Positions 37,876 through 50,952 of a stretch of DNA of 64,000 nucleotides are shown one piece after another. Position 1 is the stretch's first letter; the number at the start of each line of letters is the position of its first letter. Under the pieces are notes generated by a model, which saw only the letters and a program-made list of their open reading frames with translations, was not told the DNA's origin and ran no database searches. This stretch comes from Pristiophorus japonicus. Taxonomy: Eukaryota. The DNA lies in contig NC_091977.1 in NCBI RefSeq assembly GCF_044704955.1, positions 307,458,001 through 307,522,000 of the forward strand, written 5' to 3'. Position numbers and translations under genes: made by a program.

Positions 37876-39177
37876 ATTGCAATACCTTCAGTGTAAGGTA
37901 ATAAAATGTGGCACCTCTATTTGTAGGGGTAGGAAAATTGGAAGCATGAGTCCTGGGAGGCATGCATGACACACTTGCACAAGTTAAGGGAAGAAGCAGA
38001 GCAGAGATGTAATGAAGTTCATAATATAACCAGGTTGATTATTAAACATGTACTATTGCGATTTTAAAGCAGAGGTTTGGTTATCGTGACTGATTTTGGA
38101 GCCGCCTTATAGTACACTCCTTCTAGGGTCTTGCAAAGAATTTCAACCTGCTGCATGCTCCATAACTTTGCCCTACTAAAAGGCCTCACCATGGAGGTTG
38201 AAGAACAAGATTGTGAAGCTTATGGCACAGCAGAAGGTAAAAGTGACCAAGAAATTGGTTGCTGAACCACCAGTGCACCATCAATTAGTGTGCAAGTAGA
38301 CTTGCCTTTCTAAAATCACCTCCTGTGCAGCTCTTCGGTTATTATTTATTCCCATCTTTTGTTGTGCTTCTACTTCAGTAAGTTCAAATCTGTTAGTGAA
38401 TTAATGGTATGATGGGTAACTGTTGTTTTGTGACATACCTCCCTTTGTGCTAATGGATTGTGTGAGACATATAACACCTAATATTGCAGCTTTTCAGATT
38501 TAAAATCTATTTTAAATAACCCAAAAAGCACATTCGGTAGCATAGACCTGATCTACTTCTGATCTCATCATAGAATCATAGAATGATACTGCACAGAAGG
38601 AGGCCATTTGGCCCATCGTGCATGTGCTAGCTCGTTGAGGTATCCAATTTGTCCCACTCCCATGTCTTTCCCCATGATCCTGCACATTTTTCCCCTTCAA
38701 GTATTTATCCAATTCCCTTTTCAAAATTTATTATTGAAAATGCTTTCATCAACCTTTCGGGCAGTGCATTCTAGATCATAACAACTCGCCATGTAAAAAA
38801 AATTCTCCTCATATCACATCTGGTTCCTTTGCCAGTTATCTTAAATCTGTGTCCTCTGGTTACGAACCCTTCTGCCAGTGGAAGCAGTTTCTCCTTATTT
38901 AGTCTTATCAAAACCCTTCATGATTTTGAACACCTCTATCAAATTTCCCCTTAATCTTTTCTGCTCGAGGGAAAACAATCCCAGCTTCTCTAGTCTCTTG
39001 ATGTAATTGAAGTCCCTCATCCCTGGTACCAAGACAGTAAATTTCCTCTGCACCCTCTTTAAGGCCTTGACTTCTTTCCTAAAGTGTAGTGCCCTGAATT
39101 GGACATAGTACGCCAGCTGAGACCTAACCAGTGATTTATAATGATTTTAGCATTACATCCTTGCTTTTGTACTCTAT

Positions 39178-41194
39178 GGGCCTGAACTTGGTGGAAGCCA
39201 AGTTCCACCCAAGTGCCACCCAAAGGACCGCCGAGATACCTGACGGACCTTTGGGCAGCAGTTTTGTAAAAAAAGTCCTTGAAAGACCACTTGGCAGTGT
39301 AAGGGGTGGTCCCGGGGGTCAGGTTCACCTCTGACCTACTTGAACGGTTCGAATCACTCCCACTCCCTTGGGTTCTAGACTCTGGATTTATATATGGGGG
39401 ATGTGATAAAATGCAAAAGACCACTGGATTGGTGCAAAAGAACTTTGATTTTATTAAGGATAAGAAAATACAATGTCACACTTATAATTACACTAATAAA
39501 GAATAGTACGTCACACATTCAAAGGGGTTGCAGTGAAAATTACACCTCCCACCTCCCAAATACCTAATACTGGCTAGGTTCGACTCCAGGGCAGACAGGG
39601 ACTATGCATGCCAATCCTTTCTGGTCAGTTAGTGGTAGTTCGCGATTTTGGAGTCCGTTGGATTCTGTAGGTTCTGCTTGCCGTACCCCGAACATCGGAG
39701 AGGACTTCTTACTGCGCAATCTTCAGTTGGATTGAGTCCGCTGATGCGGTAGGGCGCGTTTTGGATTTTCTTTTGTTACAAATAGGTTTCAAAGTCCTTT
39801 TAGGTAATGTTTTCACCTGTTGGTCGTCAGGCCTAAATTGTAGAGTAGAAACTTTCGATTCTTCAGTTTCTTCCTTGTGAAGTTTTGTTTCGAGGTTGGG
39901 TCGATCGTGGTGGTTTTAGTGGTACCACGTTGGCAATGGTCGCTTGCTGCCGTGATGGTGATATTCTTCCTTCCTTTTCGATTTCAGGACATCGAGGCTG
40001 GAAAAGTTAGTTCCTCTCCCTTTTTGATGGCATTGGCGTAGTATGGCACGAGCACTAGCACAAGCAGTGTCTCTCGAGGCAGTAGCATAAGCAGCAGCAA
40101 AGCATACCCTTTGTTAAAACAGGGGCCCAGTTATACTGTTTGAGCTGCCCTAATCTTCACGCTAAATCAGTCCAGAATTCTTTGCTTAATTTTGGCGGGC
40201 CCGAGAATTCTTTGTCATATTTTGGCAGGCTCGTTAAAAATTAATATGCCTCGGGTGGGCTGATCTTCTAAATCTGTTTATTGATGGAAATATTAGTTTG
40301 GTAATCGTAATGTTCTTTTGTGCTTGTTTTTTGCATGCAGGTTAGAGTGGGCCTTTTATTTTTATGCATAGGCTGAAAATAGCTTTCCAGGTTTAGGTTG
40401 ATGGCTGGCTATCTCTGAGTTAATTGTTGCAATGTTAATGTCTCTTGTGGAGAAGGGTTTTCGAGTATCCATTTTCCAGACAATTTACTTTAGTCTCAAT
40501 GCCTCAGGCAGTTTCACTAATCAAACTGGCTTATTTGAGGGTAGTTCCTTAGCCCTGCCCACACAGGTTCAATCTGCTTTGTAAAATCCCAAATTCGATT
40601 AAAATTCATAGTTTCTTCCATGTGCACTTTAGGATTTCAAACTTTCTGGTAGAGAGTACCAAATTAAATTTCTTTCCAATGAGTCCAAACACTGGGGGGT
40701 TTCCCACAAATTTTGCCCTTCTACAGCGGCAAAAAAAGGACTTGCACTGTGAAACTTGGGAGCCCCCAATCTTGGCGGCAAATGCAATCCTCATCAAAGT
40801 GCCATCAAGGATTGAGTCGGGCCCAGGGAAGGGGAGTACATAAAAATAAAAATGTACACAAAAAAAAACACTGGAAGACCTTCAGGGGACCCCATCCACA
40901 TAAATCGCTGAAAAAAATATAAACTAAAGAAGTTCACTAACCTTTTTTTGCAGGTCTTCATACATACCGTTGGGGTTAGACCTGCCTCCAAGCAGCGATC
41001 CTGACCCCTGTGGCCGGCAACTCCCGCTCGGAGGAATCTGCCAGCTCGGTGGGCAGGAGGACACTTGCACGCCTTGTGCACCAGCAACCATCAGCGGGCG
41101 GTTCCCAGCGGTCCTCCCCTCCTGCCAGCGGGAGGCTAGTGGCAACTAGCACCGAGGGGAGACCGCCCAAAAGACTCGGCGGCAGTTCAGGCCC
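39178..41194. mobile_element. Harbinger-type MITE (about 650 bp) containing a nested LTR-like insert
   Basis: Perfect 11-bp TIR GGGCCTGAACT and 3-bp TSD TAT; homologous, in inverted orientation, to 44699-45336. Confidence 0.85.
39341..40708 (-). mobile_element. LTR-like insert of about 1.37 kb
   Basis: TG...CA ends; TATAAC-like box (about 40130) and AATAAA (about 39451) on -; absent from the sister MITE; no clear TSD. Confidence 0.5.
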
Positions 41195-42390
41195 TATGCC
41201 TTTGTTTATAAACCCAAGGATCCCATATGCCTTCTCAACTTGCCTTGCCTCCATCAAAGATTTGTGCATGTACACTCAGGTCTCTCCGTTCCTGCACCCC
41301 CTTTAAAATTGTACCATTTTGTTTATATTGCCTCTCCTCATTCTTCCTACCAAAATGAATCACTTCACACTTCTTTGCAATAAATTTCACCTGCCATGTG
41401 TCTGCCCATTTCAGTAGTCTGTTTATGTCCACTTGAAATCTGTTACTATCTTCTTCACTGTTTATGACATTTGAAGCAGTATGATTTAAACTAAAATCCA
41501 ATACACTGAGACCATCCTGGCCAATATCTGGGTTACTTTTCATTGGTTTATATTTATCTGTATAACTTGTACTGCTTCACAACATAAATAGAAAATAGAA
41601 TCCTGACAAGTACTGTTTTAATGATCACAATTAAATGATTTTTTTAAATTGTAATTTAATTGTCCTGGACATAGCCAAATTTATTAATGATAATACAATG
41701 TATTATGCAATTCGAAAGGGCGGTTTAATTTAAATGGCAAAACCTAATCATTTGAATGCAGGCAAATGGCAAAAGCATGTGCCTTGAAGAAAAGCTTACA
41801 GTAATTCAACTTCTGATTATTCATATTTGAATTTCAGAAGCACCAAGTAGAAAGAAGTGTAATTAATGAGTAAACACAGCTGTGCCTGCCTGAAATAAAT
41901 GGCACACTTAAGACGCTATAAGCCGCAACTTCGAAATTGATATTAATGCAAATAGGTAATGATTACCACTTTTTGGCTGATATAATCAACCCCCATTTTA
42001 AACGAGACTTTTAAATGGTAGGAATCGTATAACCTTATATCATGATCCTGGCTTTATAATTAATATTCCAGGCAACACAGCCTAGGTTCCTGTTTGCTTT
42101 GCCCGTAGCTCCTGCCACCAAGCTTGAATTTTGAGAAAGTGTTCAATGATTACTCTCAAATCTTTTTCCCTCTTAGTTACCTTAAACTGGCACACACTCG
42201 TTATGTTCCATGCCCTTGTTAAATGCACCTATGTGCATAACTACACATTTGTCTATTTGATGTCATCTACAAATTTAATTAATTAAGGTGCTTTCTACTC
42301 CCACCTCCACATCATGAAAGAATATACCGAACAGTACTGAATCCTGGGGTACCCCACTTGTGACGGGATTAAATTAGATATCTACCCTTG

Positions 42391-42533
42391 GATGTCAATT
42401 TTGGCTCAGTGGGTAGCACTCTCACTTCTAAGTCAGAAGGTTGTGGGTTAATTTCCCACTCCAGAGACTTGAGCACATAATCTAGGCTGACACTTCAGTG
42501 CAGTACTGAGGAAGTGCTGCACTGTCTGAGGTG
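42391..42533 (+). mobile_element. tRNA-derived SINE head (DeuSINE/SacSINE1-like), truncated
   Basis: A-box TGGCTCAGTGGG and degenerate B-box; homologous to 57083-57546. Confidence 0.8.
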
Positions 42534-42534
42534 T

Positions 42535-42666
42535 GTCAGAATGAAAGGTAAGCGACTTGAAAAGTAACTGTTTTTTTCTCCACGGATGCTGCTAGACTTG
42601 CTGAGTATTTCCAGAGTTTTCTGTTTTTATTTCAGATTTCCAGCATTGCAGCATTTTGCTTTTGTA
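42535..42666 (+). mobile_element. Short repeat, probable Penelope-like terminal-repeat fragment
   Basis: gatgctgc...tgctgagtatttccag...ttttctgtttttatt; inverted homolog at 52750-52850. Confidence 0.5.
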
Positions 42667-42888
42667 CCCTTTGTTATGGTCTTTTAGCCAATTTTTAAAA
42701 TCCAGTTTCCCTTTTCATTCCCCTCAATACAAATATTGAGGTATTTCAAGTACTTGGAACACAGATATTATTATGCACCTGCACAGCTTCAAGGCCATAC
42801 TGAACAGATATAATTTTGTTGGAATGACTTACCCCTATTCCTTGTCTGGACCTTTGTTAAGAAATGTTGCTATACACTCGAACTGACA

Positions 42889-45530
42889 TATAAGAACATA
42901 AGAAGTCGGAGTAGGACATAATACACTCGAACTGACATATAAGAAGTCGGAGTAGGACATACGGCCCCGCGAGCCTGCTCCTCGATTCAGTAAGATCATG
43001 GCTGATCATCGACCTCAACTCCACTTTCCAGCCCGATTTCCATATCCCTTGATTCCCTTGGACTCCAAAAATCTATGTAACTCAGCTTTGAATATACTCA
43101 GAGACTTAACATCTACAGCCCTCTGGGGCAGAGAATTCCAAACATTCATAACCCTCTGAGTGAAGAAATTCCTCCTCAGCTCTGTCTTAAATAGCCTACC
43201 CTTTATCCTGAGACTGTGCTCTAGTCCCTCCAGCCAGGGGAAATAACCTCTCAGCATCTACCGTCAATCCCCTTCAGAATCGTGTATGTTTCAATGCGAT
43301 CACCTCTCATTCTTCTAAACTCCAGAGAGTATAGGTCATTCTACACAATCTCTCATCATAAGACAGCCCTCTCCTCCCAAGAATCAATCTAGTGAACCTT
43401 CGTTGCACCGTCTCCAAGGCAAGTATATCCTTTCTTAGATAAGGAGACCAAAACTGCACAGTACTCCAGGTGTGGTCTCAACAAAGCCCTGCACAATTGT
43501 AGCAAGACTTCCTTTCTCTTATACTCCAGCCCCCTTGCAATAAAGGACAACATGCCATTTGCCTTCCTTATTGCTTGCTGTACCTGCAGGCTAGCTTTTA
43601 GTTTCTTGCATGAGGACACCCAAATCTCTTTGAACACCAACATTTAAACGTTTCTCACCAATTAAAAATATTTTGTTTTTCTATTCTTCCTACCAAAGTG
43701 AATAACCTCACATTTCCCTACATTATACGCCATCTGCCACCTTACTGCCCACTCATTTAGTCTATCTATATCCCTTTGCAGACTCTTTGTGTTCTCCTCA
43801 CAGTTTACTGTCCCACTTAGCTTTGTATCATCAGCAAACCTGGATACATTATACTCGGTCCCTTCATCTAGGTAATTAATATAGATTGTAAATAGCTGAG
43901 GCCCGAGCACTGTTTCTTGCGGCACCCAACTAGTTACAGCCTGCCAACCTGAAAAAGATTTGTTTATCCCTGCTCTCTTTTCTGCCCGTTAACCAATCCT
44001 CTATATATGCTTATTTCTATACATAACCTCCAATCCCATGAACCCTTATCTTGTATGTGGCACCTTATCGAATGCCTTTTGGAAATCCAAATATACTACA
44101 TCCGCTAATTCCCCTTTATCTACCCTGCTAGTTACATCCTCAAAAAACTAATAAATTTGTCAAACATGATTTCCCTCTCATAAAACCATGTTGACTCTGC
44201 CTAATCAAGCTATAATATTCTAAGTGCCCTGATACCACTTCCTTAACAATGGATTCCAGCATTTTCCCGATGACTGATGTCAGGTTAACTGGCCTGAGGT
44301 TCCCTGTTTTCTCTCTCCCTCCTTTCTTGAATAGCAGTGTTACATTTGCTACTTTCCAATCCACTGGGACAGCTCTAGAATTTAGGGAATGTCGAAAGAT
44401 CAAAACCACTATCTGCTGCCACCTCTTTTAGAATCCTCATTAGTTTCTCTAGTACTTTTTCTCTACTTATTACATTAAATTCCTCACCCTCATTAGACCC
44501 TTGGTTCCCTAGCATTTTAGGTATGCTTTTTGCGTCTTCTAATGTGAAGACAAATACAAAATATTTGTTTAATGTTTCTGCCATTTCCTTATTCCCCGTA
44601 ATAATTTCTCCTGTCTCCGCCTCTAAGGAGCCAATGTTGACTTTTGCTACTCTCTTCTTTTTTACATACTTGTAGAAGCTCTTACACTCTGTTTTTATGG
44701 GCCCGAAATTGGTGGCATTACCGCCCATTGCTGCTGGGTTTTTTAGCCGCTCTCCCCTCGATAACAGATTCATCCAGGTCTGCATCCGGCGGGAGGGGAG
44801 TACCGCCAGGAACCGCCCGCTGACGGCCTCTGGCGGCCAAGTCGCGTAAATGATCTGCCGCCCGCCGAGCTGCCATATTGGTGCAGGCAGGAATCGGTGG
44901 GAGTCGGCGGCAGCAGGGGGAAGGATCGCTGTGTGGAGGCAGGTCTAACCCCGATGGTAAGTAAGAAGACCTGCAAAAAAGTTAGAGAACATTTTTTAAT
45001 TTTCTTTCTTTCAGGCTTTTACTTGTATGAGGTCCCCTGAAGGTGTTATGATTTTTTAAATTGTGAATATTTTTATTTTTCAGTGTCTCTCTGCCCCCCG
45101 CACTCCTCCCTGGGCCCGACTCAATCCTCGGCGGCACTTTGGCGAGGAACGTATTTGCTGCCGAGATTGGGAGCTCCCGCCCGCTGCCTCCCAGATTGAC
45201 GGCATAAGCTGTTATTGGGCCACTGGGCGGTATTGCCATTACTTTTAGAGGGATCTTCCTGGCAAAGTACCGCCTGGTCTCACGGCGGCGATTGGGTGGC
45301 ACTTGGGCGGGCCTTGGCTTCCATCAAGTTTGGGCCTATATTTCTTGCTAATTTTTTCTCATTCTATTTTTTCCCTTTTTATCAATTTTTTGGTCATCCT
45401 TTGCTGGTCTCTGAAACTCTCCAATCCCCTCAGGCTTACTACGATTCTTCAAAACATTATAAGCTTATTCTTTCAATTTAATGCCACTAATGGATCACTT
45501 TTCTCATATTGTTCCCATACAGAATTTTCC
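42889..45530 (-). mobile_element. CR1, 5'-truncated, split by a MITE
   Basis: Minus-strand ORFs with FADDTK, WKVANVTLLFKKG and RPVNLTS. Confidence 0.9.
44699..45336. mobile_element. Harbinger-type MITE, 638 bp
   Basis: Imperfect TIRs GGGCCCGAAATT and AAGTTTGGGCC; TSD TAT, whose removal restores CR1 gttttTATatttc. Confidence 0.8.
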
Positions 45531-46163
45531 CCTTTCATGCTAAGCATTGCCCTGGTTCTCTCATGAAGGTAGTGCACTGTTTAACTCCCTCTTGCTAGTT
45601 AACATGCTTCAACTTTCAAATTTATCATGGCAGACTTTCTTGCATGTCTACTTTGTGGCTTACCTTGCCAGGTTTTTCATGTTTGGCATTTTTTTCCAAA
45701 TATCTTTCCAGGTACTTCTGGTGAGGATGGCCACCCCACCATGAATGGTATTCCTTCTTTCCCTCACCCTCTACAGAAACACTTCTAGTGCCTGGTCATC
45801 AAAGCTTGTTTTACTTTGTGTAACAGCCTTCATAGCATAGCAATATTATAGCATTATCCTCTTCCCATTGCTAGTGCAGGGATTTCAAGGACTGTCAAAT
45901 GCTGTGGCTCATTATCATTCTTGCTGTTCTTTTGGACAGCCCACCATGTGTGTGCTACAGTGCCCAATTTATCACTTCTGTAAAACAGCAAAAGCAGGGG
46001 TTAAAGGGCATGCTTTGTAGTGTTCAAAAAGTTTTTGCAGTGCTCAAGGAACCTTTGATTAGCACCAATAGTGATTTCTAGACAATAGTCAGAGCTAGGT
46101 AGGTGGGAATAACTATCAAAAAGGGAAGGCCTTTAAGGCATTTTCCAATCCTTAAAAGTTTTT

Positions 46164-46880
46164 GGGGTCAGGTTTCTGCTAGTTATATCAGCGCAATCTG
46201 GGCAGAATTCACCAAATCAGTGCAAAAGATAGGGGACTTTTAAGTGTGAGTTATGCCCAAAATCACGAACTCTTGTGTTTTCCGTGATCTTTTCTGCTGG
46301 GTCAAGATTCTATTTGGCTGAATCAGGCCCTGCCCTCAAGACTGGCCGTGCCCCCATGTTGAAATTGCAAGATTCCGCCAATTGCGCTGTTTTGGGAAGG
46401 CCCTTTAAATGGTGCTCATTTTCTTAGACGCACAGGCACTAGTCGGCACGTTTTAAAAGTTTGATATTAATTTTTTTTTAATTTACTAGGAAACTAGTGT
46501 ATACCAATAAATGGTTCAGTATTGTTTTTTTGAAGTCATTCTCAGTGATTTTAAAATAAATTACTCACAAGTGGAAGACTGGACATCCTTATTAAAAATA
46601 CTTATTCTTGGTGATAAACCCATTTTCAGCTGTATTATTAAAACTGCACCAAGTTATCACTCCTCAGTATATCTAGAAATACGTTTTAATGGAAAGAAAA
46701 AACAAGCGATTACATTCTATTATGCTGCCCGATTGTGCTGGTTCATGGAAGATTTTACGTTTGTGGTATTGCAAATTAATTTTAGCGGAAGCTTGAAGTG
46801 TAACCTAGCCAGTGCAATTTCATCAAATTCATTCTTTTGGTGCAATTTCCTGATTGCACCTAAAGCAGAAACTCAACCCT
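46164..46880. mobile_element. MITE, about 717 bp
   Basis: Inverted ends GGGGTCAGGTTTCTGCT and AGCAGAAACTCAACCCT with subterminal symmetry. Confidence 0.65.
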
Positions 46881-49323
46881 CTTATGTTCTTATAACTAGT
46901 TGGACAACCTGTTGCATCAACTGTACCAAGCCCAATTAAAATAATAACATGCAAGGCAACCAATGTTAGCATTAAATCTGGGTGCTTCTGGTCAACACAG
47001 TGATATAAATGATCCAGTAGCTTGATGAAGCAGGAACAAACCTTTATTGATTAGCAAGAGAAAACTTTAAGAATGCAAGGTTGCATGGAATCCAAAAAAG
47101 AACATTTGTTCTATCAACAACATTCCACTACAGACCATATGCAATTTGCTTGCCATAGGTTTTACCTCACCAATTTAATCACTTGAAGAGAGGCTCTGCA
47201 ATCTTCTCCTTGGTACCCAAATACAACTGAGCAAAACACCACAATATTTATCTACAACATACCTCCATTACTCAAACATTGCCTGTTGATTTCCGCAGCT
47301 GATGATTTAATGATGCTAGCTGCAGAGGAACAATTGTGTTCCATAGAATATTTAATTACAATTATCCATATAACCATCAATCTATTCCTAGTTGCTGCTG
47401 GGAAGAGCATTTTCTATTTATCAAAACTTTCTTTTGGCAGTTCCCATTGAGTCCAGCCAATGTTTGCTGAAAATATAATGGGCTGGACTTCCAACTTTTA
47501 CCATTTTGGGGTGCAAATTGGGGCGGAGCGCAAAGATTTGCATCTAGAAATAGTTTGCATCCTTATGTATTTTCGGCCAAAAAGTCATCTGGAGGAGTGT
47601 TGGCATAAAGTCAGGCGTTTCACACCCGACTTTGTGCGCGGAGCCGAAACTTTCGGCGGTGAAGGAGGAGGCCATTTTGCACATGCATATTGGTTTTTTG
47701 TTCCCTCATGCTTTCTTTTCTGGTCTCAAACGCAAATGCAGGACACGGCAACTTCCTGCGTGCATGCGCATTTAAACTGGCCCACTTCTGCTGAGATGGA
47801 GGATCAGGAGGGATGGCAGCGCGCTTCAGCCGGGAGGCTAGTAAGGTCTTAGTGAGTGCGGTGGAGAGGAGATGGCCCACATTCCATCTTGCAGAGGGAG
47901 CCAGACCACACCCTCCTGTGTTTAAATGCATATGGAGGGACATTGCAGAGGAGGTCTCTGCTGCAGACACTGTGCCCAGGACTGGTACATAGTGCCGAAG
48001 ATATCTCAGCAACCTCACGTGGGTCGTCAGGGTGAATGCCATTTTTATCTTTGCATGCCTCCATTTCTTATTAGATTAATCTCATATACTATTATTTATG
48101 ATTTGTCTGGTTCCTCTCAACACTCAAGGGGGGTGCCTTTGACAATGCGTAACAAAGATGAAGGCTTACATCGGCAACCATTGGCTTTAAATGATCTATC
48201 CACATTATTTCTTGCATTAAATTCTTCCCTGTCAATGAACTCCACCTGCTATCACTTTCTGAAAATTCACATACATTTCCCATAGTAGATGCGTAAAACC
48301 AGCGAATACATACTGACAAAGCACATGCAACATCGCAACAGATTGAAATGAAGCTTATATAACACAAACACAGTATCACCTATTCTACTGTGATTGGCAT
48401 ATGTGGCCCAACAGTCGAGAGACCCTTTTTGAACCATTCCTATTTTTCTCTTTACAATCGAAGGGAGCAGCTGCGGACAGGTGGGGGTCCGCCTTAAACT
48501 CTTCCTCTAATGGACGTTGAGAAGACGGTCTCTGCCCTTATCGGAGTGCCAGGTCGGACAATTGCTGGGGGCGATGCTGAGCCCCCCTCGGGAAGTGAGG
48601 TTATGTACATGGATCGCACTACTGAATCCACTGCATTGCGAGATATAAAGATGAGGCAATGGTGGACACTAATCCGGCGGATCATCTGAGCCCACCAGTT
48701 TAACACTCTGGATTAAGCTACTCAGGGGACGAAGCAGAATTTATGGGGTTTGTGGAATTGGAGACTCCTGGTCCCAGTGGCATACAGCAACGCAATGCTG
48801 GGGTAGAATCCCGCAGGCTAGGTGACTGGTAACGCCGAAGAAGAGGTGCCCCAGTCAACAGCTGGGCCTTCCAGGCCAGGAGCTGGTCCAGTGTGTCCTC
48901 AGATGTGGTCTCCATTGTCTGACCCCCCCCAACATAGCAGCCCTCTATCAGCCTTGTTGTAAGCCCTGAGGCCTCATTGAAGAGGAGCAGCAGGCATGGG
49001 AAGGGGGGAAAAGTCTCTCCAAAATGCAATAATGGCTTCGAAGTCATCATGGAGCCTTGACATTTTGTCCACTGCAGGATGCAATTAGTCTTTTCAGAAC
49101 ATTTTGTGCACTGCAGGATGAGGTTATTTTGCTCCAAATATCTTGTGAATTGCAGGAAGCAGTCATGTGTCCATATGTGATGAACTATTCTAATATGGTG
49201 GGGATGGGGGGGGACATGGGGTGAGGGGCAGAGATTGAGAGGATTACATGTTGGTAAAAATTGTTCTTTGATCTTTGACATTGTGCAAATGAGACGCAAG
49301 ACACCAATCATTTGTACATTAGG

Positions 49324-49765
49324 CATCATCATGATCATCATAGGCCGTCCCTCGGAATCGAGGAAGACTTGCTTCCACTCTTAAAATGAGTCCTTAGGTG
49401 GCTGAACAGTCCCAATATGAGAACCACAATCCCTGTCACAGGTGGGACAGATAGTCGTTGAGGGTAAGCGAGGGTAGGACAGGTTTGCCGCACGCTCTTT
49501 CCGCTGCCTGCACTTGATTTCTGCATGCTCTTGGCGATGAGACTTGAGGTGATCAGCATCCTCCCAGATGTACTTCCTCCATTTAGGGCGGTCTTTGACC
49601 AAGGACTCCCAGGTGTCAATTGCACTTTATCAGGAAGGCTTTGAGGGTCCTTGTAATGTTTCTTCTGCCTACCTTTGGCTCGTTTGCTGTGAAGGAGTTC
49701 CAAGTAGAGCGCTTGATTTGGGAGTCTCATGTTTGGCATCCGGGCAATGTGGCCTGCCCAGTGGA
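49324..49765 (-). mobile_element. RTE 3' fragment nested in the Harbinger
   Basis: WAGHIARMP..RLP.QALY.EL, CPTCDRDC; (cat)n tail. Confidence 0.85.
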
Positions 49766-49820
49766 GGTGATCATGGCGGCATAGAATGGCGAGGCAAGGC
49801 TCACACCTCCCCTTCCTCAT

Positions 49821-50952
49821 TCAAGCAAACCGGTCAATGATGAGCTGCCAATGTAAGGCTCTTGCAGCGGCCACATCTCCATGCTGCCTCTCCTGTTGTC
49901 TTGGTGCTTGTATGGCTTCCTCGCAAGACGACTCTTCCTCCTCCTCCTGAGGTGGTCCTGCAATCCCTACTGGCAATTCCTGTCCCCTCATGATGGCTAA
50001 GTTGAGTAGCATGCAGCACACCACAATGAACTCGGAGATCTGCTGAGGGGAATGTTGAAGGCTGCCTCCAGAGCGGTCTAGAAATCGGAAGCGCTGCTTC
50101 AGCATGCCAATTGTCCAATGATGTTACGGGTGGCTACATGGCTGTCATTATAGCGTCGCTTGGCTTCTGTGGCAGGGTTCCTGAGGGGCGTCATGAGCCA
50201 GGTGGCCAGGCCGTATACTTTGTCCCCAATCAGCCAGCTCTGACCTTGTCTTTGTCACTGAAACATGCATGACACACTGCTCTCACGCAGGATGAAAGCA
50301 TCATGTGTGCGCCCCTGGATTGCGGGCATTGACTGTGAGGATGCGGTAAGTGTGGTTGCAGACCAGCTGAACGTTGAGGGAGTGGCATCCCTTTCTGTTT
50401 CGGAAGACCTCTGCATTCTGTGTTGGTGCTCGCAGGGTGACACGCGTACAGTCAATCGCACCCTGAACCTTGGGGAAGCTTGCAAATCATGCAAAACCTA
50501 TAGCCCTATCATTCTGGCTGTCCCTGCTCTTTGGGAACTTTATGAAGTCCGTCCTGCGTACGTACAGTGCCCTTGTCACCTGGCGAATGCAGCAATGTGT
50601 GGCGTGCTGCGAGATGCTGCATATGTCCCCTGCTGCTGCCTGGAACGAGCTGGAGACATAGAATACCAGCGCCGCAGTCACCTTCACCTCGACGGGCAGT
50701 GCAGTCCTGTTGGAGCTGGTAGGCTTGTAGGTCAGCCTGCAGGAGCTGGCATATCTCTGTCGGCACTTATTTTCTGAAGCGCAGCTTTTGAATCCACTGC
50801 ACATTAGAAATGTGCAGGTATGAGCGATGTTCCCTGTAAACTCGTTGGGGGTAAGGCCTCCTCCCCAAACGTCTGTGACCGCTTCGATTCCATTGCAAAC
50901 CAGGGACAATAAGCCTTCCAGCTTGAAGCTGCCTGCCAATAGCAACCAGCAT
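49821..50952 (-). pseudogene. Harbinger transposase, frameshifted
   Basis: [52 protein letters not shown]. Confidence 0.9.

Larger units (their letters stand above)
38567..41470 (-). mobile_element. CR1 3' fragment split by a MITE
   Basis: (catagaat)n tail; the sequence rejoins across the MITE as gtactcTATgcc. Confidence 0.85.

Noticed and set aside
42391-42470. tRNA gene (also 57470-57546 on -)
   Set aside because: These are SINE heads continuing into SINE body sequence; there is no complete cloverleaf.
42535-42600. Hammerhead ribozyme in Penelope-like terminal repeats (also 52750-52850 on -)
   Set aside because: Such repeats can carry hammerheads, but the CUGAUGA/GAAA core is mutated in both copies, so no functional ribozyme is supported.
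47000-47440. Very old RT-like remnant (AADDLMMLA) that might be mistaken for an exon
   Set aside because: Too degraded to classify, with no open frame or splice-phase fit; the host exon chain is already continuous without it.
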